Virus record (IMG/VR): IMGVR_UViG_3300048592_000564
Location: 1 to 64,000 of that record
DNA from: a virus
Length of the DNA stretch: 64,000 nucleotides
Direction: 5' to 3' (one strand)
The position numbers and the translations under genes were made by a program. Shown here piece after piece: positions 56,832 to 64,000 of the stretch (the first letter of the stretch is position 1; the number at the start of each line of letters is the position of its first letter). Under the pieces are notes generated by a model. It had not been told where the DNA came from. It saw only the letters and a program-made list of their open reading frames with translations, and ran no database searches.

Positions 56832-56860
56832 TTGGCGTTGTCCGGTCACGCGGCTACAAT
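56832..56860 (+). promoter_or_regulatory. rightward early promoter
   Basis: TTGGCG-17-TACAAT with upstream A/T tracts. Confidence 0.6.
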
Positions 56861-57059
56861 CCCGTCAGCGCCGCCAATTGCGGCCAGGAATCCGAAGGAC
56901 CGGCAGGATGCCGGATCGCACGAGGCAGTCACCATTAACGAGCACCCCCGGTCCCGCAGGGGAGCCGGACAGGGCCAAGCGGCCGTGCGCACTGCGGCTG
57001 ACGGAGAGACGGGGATCGCGAGCAGGAAGCCGGCGGGCCCGGGGGTGCGGGAGGAAGCG

Positions 57060-57278
57060 ATGAGCGCCATCGAGGAACTGCAGCAAGCGGAACAAGAGGT
57101 CGCGGCTTGCCACCTTCACGGGCTCCGCGAGTACCTGGACATGGCCGACCTCCTGGAGCAGCAGGCCGACCGCGGAGGTGTTCAGGGGGTCTCGCCCCCG
57201 GGCCTACGTGCCGCCGCCGCGCGGGTCCGCGCCCAGGGCCAGCGCTACCTGGAGGCCCACCGATGTCCAGCGGCCTGA
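57060..57278 (+). CDS. hypothetical protein
   Basis: GGAGG RBS. Confidence 0.5.
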   Translation: MSAIEELQQAEQEVAACHLHGLREYLDMADLLEQQADRGGVQGVSPPGLRAAAARVRAQGQRYLEAHRCPAA

Positions 57279-57643
57279 TCGCGATTCTTTCTGTCGTGTT
57301 CGCGGCCGTGCTGGTGATCGGCACCGGTGCGGTGGCGATCTCGATCGAGTACCTCAAGATGCAAAGGATTCACCGTGAATATCGCAGCCGAAACCGCCGC
57401 AATTCGCGCCCAGTGGTCTAACGCGACCCGCCGTCGCCGAGCCGGAACCTCGATTCTGCGATGGCAGGTCCCTACGATCTCGACGGGCACGTTGCTCGAC
57501 GCCGCCAGGGAGCGGATCGAGGACGAGCAGCAAGAGTTTCAGATGCCCGAGGCCCAGCATGCGACACGCAGATGAAAGACCGCACGCAACGTGTGGATGC
57601 GGTGACGGCACCTGCAGGTTTTGCGAAGAAGATCGGATACAAG

Positions 57644-58414
57644 ATGCGACACTACCACGGGACCCCGATGGGCAGCAAGAGGAACGAAGTCGCGCGATTT
57701 GCAATCGGGCGCCACTTCCTAATCCCGTTCGGCCGCCACGAGGACCTGCCGGTCGTCGCTGAGGCGTCCAGGGGCTTCGTGTTCGACAACGGGGCCTTCA
57801 CGGCATGGCGGACCGGCAAGCCAATCACGGACTGGTCTGACTACTATGCGTGGTGCAAGGAATGGTGCAAGCACCCAGCCTTTGACTGGGCCCTGATCCC
57901 CGATGTGATTGACGGAACCGAGCAAGACAACGACGACCTGATTGCCGAGTGGGACAGGAAAATGTGGCATCCCGTGCGAGTCCAGGGGGTGCCGGTCTGG
58001 CATTTTCACGAGTCCCTGCCACGACTTCATCGACTGACGCGAGGCCGATGGCCTATCGTGGCCTTGGGATCATCCGGCGAGTGGCCGACACCTGGGACCG
58101 ATAAATGGTGGTCGCGAGCCCGAGACGCCATGCAGGCCGCGTGCGACCCCGACGGCCGGCCCCATTGCAAGCTCCACGGCCTCCGAATGCTCGACCCTGA
58201 TATTTTCACGCGACTGCCGCTCGCGAGCGCCGACAGCACGAACTGCGCCCAGAACGGGAACCTGCTGCCGCGATTTGGGGGCTACAAGCCACCGACGATT
58301 AGCCAGCGGTGGGAAGTGATCGCACAGCGGATTGAGGTCCACAACTCGGCCGCGCGATGGATGCCTCAGACGGATCGGCAATTTCGATTGACGTGCAACG
58401 AGGAGTTCCGATGA
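57644..58414 (+). CDS. tRNA-guanine transglycosylase-fold (DpdA-like) protein
   Basis: HYHGTP, FDNGAF, PDVI.G, PVWH..E, VALGS, HGLR, SADSTN. Confidence 0.6.
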   Translation: MRHYHGTPMGSKRNEVARFAIGRHFLIPFGRHEDLPVVAEASRGFVFDNGAFTAWRTGKPITDWSDYYAWCKEWCKHPAFDWALIPDVIDGTEQDNDDLIAEWDRKMWHPVRVQGVPVWHFHESLPRLHRLTRGRWPIVALGSSGEWPTPGTDKWWSRARDAMQAACDPDGRPHCKLHGLRMLDPDIFTRLPLASADSTNCAQNGNLLPRFGGYKPPTISQRWEVIAQRIEVHNSAARWMPQTDRQFRLTCNEEFR

Positions 58415-58806
58415 AGCCCCGTCAGCCAATTCGCCGCCAGAATCCAAAGCGAGCCCCAGCACGCCGCCGCGCCAACCGGATCGCGGCCATGATCCTGGAG
58501 GAACGCGGCCCGCGGTGCCAGGCGTGCCGCGAGATCCGACGGCTTGAGGCTCACGAGATCGCCCGAGGGTGCGACCGCGCGGGCGCCAGGGGTGCAAGAT
58601 TCGCCACCTTGGCGCTATGCGGCGAATGCCACCGCGCGATGGATCACGCGAGCGAATGGCCCCGGGAACGGCAGCTGGCCCTTCTGCTGGCCCGCTGCCC
58701 ACATGACTACGACCTCGAGGCTTTCAATCGAATCGCGTTGAAAATCTACCACCAGAGCGACGTAGACGTTTTCCTTTCTCAATTCCAGGAGCAACCCAAT
58801 GTCTAA
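58411..58806 (+). CDS. HNH-like zinc-binding protein
   Basis: CQAC...HEI.RG...LCGECH. Confidence 0.55.
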   Translation: MKPRQPIRRQNPKRAPARRRANRIAAMILEERGPRCQACREIRRLEAHEIARGCDRAGARGARFATLALCGECHRAMDHASEWPRERQLALLLARCPHDYDLEAFNRIALKIYHQSDVDVFLSQFQEQPNV

Positions 58807-59419
58807 TTTCTCCACCGCAGGACCGCTGGTCGACGAAGCCCAGGAGGTCGTCCAAGAGGTCATGGCAAAGCACCACCAGGGCCTCGCGGATTGCGGAACC
58901 ACGGTCGCGATCTTGATGTACTACCCGGAAGAGGACAGCGAGAAACCCGCCTTGACGGACCGGGGGCGCAAGATTCGGGCCAAGATCGACAACACGCCGC
59001 TCAAGTACCGCAAGCTGGGCGTGCCAGACCTGCAAATCTCGATTGACGCCGACTGGTGGGGAATGGCGACCCGGCCCCAGCAAGAGGCGCTGATCCACCA
59101 TGAATTATGCCACCGCGCCCCCAAGGTGGACGACAAAGGCGCGGTGAAGCGTGACGATGCCGACCGGCCCATGTTCGAGCGAATCCTGCACGACTTCGAC
59201 ATCGGGGTCTTCACCCGCGTGGTCCAGGACTACGGGGAAGCCTCGAGTGAAATCGAGATCATGCGGGAGTTTGACGAACACCGCCGCCAGCAGTGGCTGT
59301 TTTCCGAACTCGAACCCGAGGACGAAGACGAGCCCGAGGACGACGACGTCGCGACGCTCGCGATGGACCGGAAGCAGGCCGCCCAGATCAGCCGCAGGAT
59401 GGCAGGAGCAAGCCGATGA
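58799..59419 (+). CDS. putative phage metallopeptidase
   Basis: W......ALIHHELCH...HDF..G.F..V...YG. Confidence 0.75.
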   Translation: MSNFSTAGPLVDEAQEVVQEVMAKHHQGLADCGTTVAILMYYPEEDSEKPALTDRGRKIRAKIDNTPLKYRKLGVPDLQISIDADWWGMATRPQQEALIHHELCHRAPKVDDKGAVKRDDADRPMFERILHDFDIGVFTRVVQDYGEASSEIEIMREFDEHRRQQWLFSELEPEDEDEPEDDDVATLAMDRKQAAQISRRMAGASR

Positions 59420-60015
59420 AGACCATCGAATACGAACCGCTGGCCGGCAGCCATATCGATTACGCGATCCAGCACGCGGTCGGGTTTGCGAAACACCACC
59501 ACGCCCGCGTGCGAATGCGATTCAACGACGTCACGCTGGTCGCAACCCCCAAGACGTCCCGTGATTCCTTGCGGTGGACGTTCGACAAAACCCAGGGGGA
59601 ATCGGCCCAGCACTGGCGAACCACGCCCCGGGGTCTCGCGTCCGCGCGAAGGCGCAAACGAGAGCTTGCCGCCAACCAGCGGATCGTCGACGACCTGATC
59701 GGCGAGTTGCCGGCCTCGCTCGCGAGCGGCCTGGATGACACGGTCGCGTGGCTATCGAGATTCGCGCGGGTCGCGGACGACTGCGGACTCCGCTACTCCA
59801 AGCCCGAGATCGCGCAGGCCCTCCGGGCCGCGGGCTACACGAACAACCAGCACGTCGGCCGACCCCAAGAGGACTTCGACAGCAGTCTTGTGACCGGCCA
59901 ATGGATCGTCGGGCAGGCGATCAACTGCCTGGAACACGGCATGCCCCCGCATCCGATCACGCGGAAGTTTGCGGCCAAGTACCAGGAGCGAAAGCGATTG
60001 GAGAGCAAGCAATGA
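59416..60015 (+). CDS. hypothetical protein
   Basis: AGGAG RBS, ATGA coupling. Confidence 0.55.
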   Translation: MKTIEYEPLAGSHIDYAIQHAVGFAKHHHARVRMRFNDVTLVATPKTSRDSLRWTFDKTQGESAQHWRTTPRGLASARRRKRELAANQRIVDDLIGELPASLASGLDDTVAWLSRFARVADDCGLRYSKPEIAQALRAAGYTNNQHVGRPQEDFDSSLVTGQWIVGQAINCLEHGMPPHPITRKFAAKYQERKRLESKQ

Positions 60016-60590
60016 CCTGCACAAAATCCGAATTTGACCAACGGACCACCGAGCACCAGCTCGAGATCCTGCGCGACGATGGACTTTACCGCCACCTCCG
60101 ATGCCGCAAGCCCTACACGGGAATCGATGGCTTCGACCTCGTGACGTGGCCGGGATTTCTGTGCTATTGCGGCGACATGGGCGAGTACGTGTTTCAGCGC
60201 AGCGACGACATGCTGGGATTCTTCCGGCGTGGCCTCGACCTGGAGCCGCCACTTGAATACTGGGCCGAAAAATGCGTGGCCCAAGACCGCGACGGCATCA
60301 AGGAATACTGCTCCGACCGAGCCCGGCAGGTCATCACCGAATGGCTCGACGACCGCGATGCCACACCGGCGCTCCGCGAGGAAGTCGAAGACGAGATCCT
60401 GTGCCTGCTGGACGACGGCGAGGACGTGGTGCGCGGCGCCGTGGAGGCGTTCCAGCACCAGGGCTGGCGGTTCGACGACTTCTACGAGGCAGACCTGACG
60501 GTCTACACCTACCGGTTTCGATTCTGCTGCTACGCGCTCGCGTGGGCGGTGCAGCGGTACGACGAATACCGTGCGGGAGATCTGCGATGA
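60012..60590 (+). CDS. phage hypothetical protein
   Basis: DDGLYRHLR...FDLVTWPG.L...GDMG.YVF.R..DM..FFR...YWAEK. Confidence 0.65.
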   Translation: MTCTKSEFDQRTTEHQLEILRDDGLYRHLRCRKPYTGIDGFDLVTWPGFLCYCGDMGEYVFQRSDDMLGFFRRGLDLEPPLEYWAEKCVAQDRDGIKEYCSDRARQVITEWLDDRDATPALREEVEDEILCLLDDGEDVVRGAVEAFQHQGWRFDDFYEADLTVYTYRFRFCCYALAWAVQRYDEYRAGDLR

Positions 60591-61267
60591 CACGCGAAAT
60601 CCCACTGCTATGCACCGACGAGGTCGTGCGGGCCTACCTGGCGGGCCGCAAGACCCAAACCCGCCGACCGATCAAGTGGGCCACGAACCCATGCGGTGAA
60701 CCAGCCGACCATCTGTGCCAGATCGGCACCACGGGCCGCTGGATCGCGTGGTGGGGACCGGCCGACCAGGAGGCGTGCCAGCAGCTGACTGACCGGGTCT
60801 ACCGACCAGAGGTCGGGCTACCAGGATTGTGCCAGCCCGGCGACCGCGTCTGGATCCGGGAGACATGGTGGCAGCGCCCCAGCGACGGCGTGATCATATA
60901 CGCGGCCGATGGGGCGATGGGGTTCGACGAAACCTCGATGGCACACAGGATGGGCATCGGGAACATCGCCAACGAGAAAGTTCCCGATGCCGAACTGCGG
61001 CGATGCGAATTCGTAAAGCGGCCGTCCATCCACATGCCCCGCTGGGCCGCCCGGATCGTGCTCCCCGTGGTGAGCGTCCGGGCCGAGCGGGTACGGGACA
61101 TCACCCCCGAGGACTGCCGGGCCGAGGGCAGTCACTACCCCGTCGACCAAGACGACGAGGGCGGGTTTTTCAACTTATGGAATTCCCTCTACGGCGACCG
61201 GCACCCCGTCGAGACCACGTGGTGCTGGGTGATCGAGACCAAACCCTTCAAAGGAGCAAGCCAGTGA
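60587..61267 (+). CDS. ASCH/PUA-like phage protein
   Basis: VRA.L.GRKTQTRR, PGDR.W.RE, PSIHMPRWAARI.L. Confidence 0.7.
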   Translation: MTREIPLLCTDEVVRAYLAGRKTQTRRPIKWATNPCGEPADHLCQIGTTGRWIAWWGPADQEACQQLTDRVYRPEVGLPGLCQPGDRVWIRETWWQRPSDGVIIYAADGAMGFDETSMAHRMGIGNIANEKVPDAELRRCEFVKRPSIHMPRWAARIVLPVVSVRAERVRDITPEDCRAEGSHYPVDQDDEGGFFNLWNSLYGDRHPVETTWCWVIETKPFKGASQ

Positions 61268-61599
61268 AGATCGAGAAACCGGGATTTTACCGAACACGAA
61301 ACAATCAGCGGGTCGAGGTCGTGGCCGTCCGGGGAGGCTTCGCGGTCGGATTTTGCCAACTATGCGCCCGCACGTGGCTCGACGATGGACGACACTGGAA
61401 CTACGCCAGTGGCGCCGAGGGAAGCAACCGGAACCTCGACATCCTGGCGGAGTGGCGGGACCCCATCCAGCAGACCGTCACGTTCGCGCTCGTCGAGCGA
61501 CAGTGCTTTCCCGAGGTCGTGTTGGAAAGAAACATCGGAGTATCCAAGGTCCTGGCAACCAGGACCATCACCATCACCGAAGGGGAGGGCATGCAGTGA
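61264..61599 (+). CDS. hypothetical protein, tandem paralog A
   Basis: VKIEKPGFYRT...DI.AEWRDP...TITITEGEGM. Confidence 0.6.
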   Translation: MKIEKPGFYRTRNNQRVEVVAVRGGFAVGFCQLCARTWLDDGRHWNYASGAEGSNRNLDILAEWRDPIQQTVTFALVERQCFPEVVLERNIGVSKVLATRTITITEGEGMQ

Positions 61600-61955
61600 A
61601 GATCGAAAAACCAGGATTCTACCGAACAGCCGGCGGGCACAAGGCCCAGGTGATCGATATCCAGGGTAATTTTGCCGTCGGGTGGGTGCCAAGGAGGGGG
61701 CTTTTGAACCCGCACCACTGGCGAACAAATGGCAGCGTTTGGAATGGTGACTGCGACACTGACATCGTGTCCGAGTGGCGAGACCCGGTGTCCCATTCGA
61801 TCACACTGGAGCTTTGCCTCAATACCGCCGACCAGCCCTTCATCCGCACAGCAGGAAACTACGGCCAAGACCTCAAGGTCCTGGCCCGCAAGACCATCAC
61901 GATCACCGAAGGTGAGGGGATGTCCACCGCTGGAGAAAAATCACCGGATTTGTAG
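61596..61955 (+). CDS. hypothetical protein, tandem paralog B
   Basis: VKIEKPGFYRT...DI.SEWRDP...TITITEGEGM. Confidence 0.6.
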   Translation: MKIEKPGFYRTAGGHKAQVIDIQGNFAVGWVPRRGLLNPHHWRTNGSVWNGDCDTDIVSEWRDPVSHSITLELCLNTADQPFIRTAGNYGQDLKVLARKTITITEGEGMSTAGEKSPDL

Positions 61956-61989
61956 TTGAAACCCGCCGCGAACCTGCGAATATCCCGAA

Positions 61990-62143
61990 CGCCTGGAACG
62001 GCCTTGCCAGCCCCCAGGTCCACGCCCGAGACTGAGATCCCATGTCGAACCACGCCGAACACGACCCACGACCCCCAAGGACCCGCTTGTCGGGACGGCC
62101 TCTCAGTCGGCCGGGCAAACCCTTGGGGGTCGTGGGTCTTTTT
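61990..62143 (+). promoter_or_regulatory. structured leader or attenuator with 18-bp terminator stem
   Basis: 62063-62080 pairs perfectly with 62121-62138, followed by T5; internal loop TCTCAGTC is complementary to GACTGAGA at 62030-62037. Confidence 0.65.
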
Positions 62144-62161
62144 CTGCGCAAGGAGTGACGC

Positions 62162-62557
62162 ATGTCTTACGCTGATTACGGCGACAAGCTGAGAGACCCA
62201 AGATGGCAGAAATTTCGACTTGAAGTATTCACGCGAGACAATTTTACCTGCCAAAAGTGCCAATCAACAGCCAAGACGCTGCACGCTCACCACAAATATT
62301 ACCAGTACGGCCTGGAGCCCTGGGAATACGACATCGCCACCGTCGTGACGGTCTGTGAGGATTGCCACTATTCCGCAAACGATTTGCGGCATGACCTTCA
62401 AATGCAGGTCGCAAAACTGAACCTCAAGGCCCAACTTGCCCTGTTGGTGGCAGTCGCTGACCTTTGCGACCACGCACCCAGCGACTTGGCGGTGTCCTTC
62501 ATTGAACAAATGGCCACGGAAGCACGAAAGGCCGGAAATGAAGCGCGGAACCATTGA
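62162..62557 (+). CDS. HNH-like endonuclease
   Basis: L.DPRWQK.RLEV..RDNF.CQ.C...L..HH.YY...WEY...C..CH. Confidence 0.75.
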   Translation: MSYADYGDKLRDPRWQKFRLEVFTRDNFTCQKCQSTAKTLHAHHKYYQYGLEPWEYDIATVVTVCEDCHYSANDLRHDLQMQVAKLNLKAQLALLVAVADLCDHAPSDLAVSFIEQMATEARKAGNEARNH

Positions 62558-63503
62558 ACACCCGAAGATGAAACGGCTCGCTCGCAAGCTCCGATGCCAC
62601 CACCTGATGGCCGTTGGGATCATGGAGGCGATCTGGCACTGGACCGCCAAGTATGCGCCGGCAGGCGATATCGGGAAGCACTCCGACGACGATATCGCGG
62701 ACGGGATCGGGTACGACGACGATCCCGCGACGCTGATCGACGCCCTGGCGTACAGCGGGTGGCTTGACCGAGATCAGCGATACCGACTGGTCGTTCATGA
62801 CTGGGATCAACACGCCGACGACGCGGTCAAAAAGGCCGCAGATCGGAACAAGATTCAACTCATCTCCGACGTGGTCCCTCCGCTGTCGCGACTTGTCGCG
62901 AATTGTCGCGACACAGTTTCCCAGTCGGCCGGACAAAAAAAAACGTGGCCTTCGGAGCAAGAAAACACCACCTTTGAGGATAGCGGCGAAGAGTGGCCGC
63001 AGGAGGCCGATCACGGGGCCGAAACCGCCCTCGATGCCCCGTTTTCTCAGGAAAAACCGCATGTCGAGACAAGTCCAGACACCGTCGAGACAAGTCCCGA
63101 CAAAAACTGCCTGCCAGAGCCTAGCCTAGCCAAGCCAGAGCCTTCTTTTTGCGGAGAGACGAAAGCCGTCGAGACAAGTCCAGAGGACGCAGGAACCGAG
63201 TTCACGTTCACAGTCACTGGAACACCGGACACCCCGAACTGGACGATGCCCAGGTCGCTGTACGACACGCTTGCGAAATGCTACCCGGCGATCGAACTGG
63301 AGGACGAACTGCGCAAAGCGGTTGCGTGGTGCGTGACCAACAGCAAAGAACGCAAGACCGCGCGAGGGATGCCAAGGTTTTTGAACGCGTGGCTGGCCCG
63401 CGCCCAAAACCGCCGACGCGATCCGATTCAGCCTGTAACTCGCCACGTGCCGCCAGCGGCCCGCGTGGCCACCAAGGAAGACGCAAGGAACTGGACCCCA
63501 TGA
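62538..63503 (+). CDS. phage replication initiator
   Basis: HPK..RLAR.L...VG..E..W.W...Y...G winged-helix-like N-terminus, HDW, internal repeats, C-terminal RFLN.WL.R. Confidence 0.7.
   Translation: MKRGTIEHPKMKRLARKLRCHHLMAVGIMEAIWHWTAKYAPAGDIGKHSDDDIADGIGYDDDPATLIDALAYSGWLDRDQRYRLVVHDWDQHADDAVKKAADRNKIQLISDVVPPLSRLVANCRDTVSQSAGQKKTWPSEQENTTFEDSGEEWPQEADHGAETALDAPFSQEKPHVETSPDTVETSPDKNCLPEPSLAKPEPSFCGETKAVETSPEDAGTEFTFTVTGTPDTPNWTMPRSLYDTLAKCYPAIELEDELRKAVAWCVTNSKERKTARGMPRFLNAWLARAQNRRRDPIQPVTRHVPPAARVATKEDARNWTP
62884..63181. repeat. iteron-like repeats, putative replication origin
   Basis: TGTCGCGA x3 (62884, 62894, 62904); GTCGAGACAAGTCC x3 (63063, 63084, 63168) in opposite orientation; A-run between. 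Confidence 0.7.
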
Positions 63504-64000
63504 AACTCGACCCCACGGGCGTACTGCGAGAAGACGACGGCCGGATTCCGCAATGCCCAAAATGCGGCAAGCGGTTTGAACCGACCTTTGAGATCGGACC
63601 GTTCGGTCCCCACTGGGCCAAATGCACGTGCCTAAACTGCCGGGCCGTTTGGTTTCCAAAAAAGCCCGGCAAAGAAACCAAGCACCGCGAGTCCCGCCAC
63701 CAGGATCTGGTCCGCCGGTTCAGCCGAGGCTTTTGCGAACTCTGCGGCATCCTGGCCGAACGAGTCCCTGCCTGCGAATCCCTAGAGGCCCACCACGTCG
63801 ACGAGTACGCCCGCGGGGGCGAAGCCGACCGGACGAATCTTTGGATCGTCTGCACCCGCTGCCACAAGCTCATTCACCACCAGCGAACCTACATCGCCCA
63901 CCTGATTCCCCAAGGAGTCCGAAATGTTGATCGCCAAGAATGTCCCGTCGTCCATGAAAGCCAAACCCCAGTGGGTCTGCTGGAAAACCGTCATGCGGGA
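63500..64000 (+). CDS. zinc-ribbon plus HNH endonuclease, stop beyond the window
   Basis: Manual translation: CPKC..CLNC..CELC..EAHHV..GG..NL..VCTRCH. Confidence 0.65.
   Translation, partial: MKLDPTGVLREDDGRIPQCPKCGKRFEPTFEIGPFGPHWAKCTCLNCRAVWFPKKPGKETKHRESRHQDLVRRFSRGFCELCGILAERVPACESLEAHHVDEYARGGEADRTNLWIVCTRCHKLIHHQRTYIAHLIPQGVRNVDRQECPVVHESQTPVGLLENRHAG
63924..64000 (+). CDS. N-terminus of a probable primase-polymerase (partial)
   Basis: AGGAG RBS; NVP..MK..PQWVCW motif. Confidence 0.5.
   Translation, partial: MLIAKNVPSSMKAKPQWVCWKTVMR

Noticed and set aside
1-64000. CRISPR array, Cas genes, reverse transcriptase (DGR or retron), integrase or transposase
   Set aside because: No regularly spaced repeats and no YADD/RT, recombinase or DDE motifs were recognised in any ORF.

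Overview
The window is about 64 kb of a GC-rich tailed phage or prophage. No integrase, capsid or terminase is visible, and both ends fall inside genes. A Planctomycetota-like host is inferred from a PilV-like prepilin, a secreted trypsin-like protease and the Cys-rich tail proteins. Layout: (1) 1-14 kb, neck and tail module with a Mu gp36-like protein, tail tube, a tail-assembly chaperone with a -1 frameshift, an unusual tape-measure-position protein carrying an HPD-less J-like domain, tail proteins and a Cys-rich/glycosyltransferase fusion. (2) 14-19 kb, accessory island with a pilin-like moron and a leftward operon ending in three tRNA-like elements, all with abnormal anticodon arms. (3) 19.7-49 kb, a long rightward region with nucleotide-metabolism genes and a ~25 kb glycosylation cluster: GT4, two GT2, two GT11, a GT6-FkbM fusion, GT31, sulfotransferase, methyltransferases, Ugd, GalE and an apparently complete NDP-heptose pathway (transaldolase, GmhA, HddA, GmhB, nucleotidyltransferase). 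Three HNH endonucleases sharing a conserved promoter and two-hairpin leader are interspersed. (4) 49-56.7 kb, leftward early and recombination genes (SSB, Rad50-like ATPase, sigma-70, RecT-like, HTH). (5) 56.8-64 kb, rightward genes including a TGT/DpdA-like protein, a C4-like attenuator and a replication initiator with iterons. All protein calls come from motif recognition by eye, with no database search.
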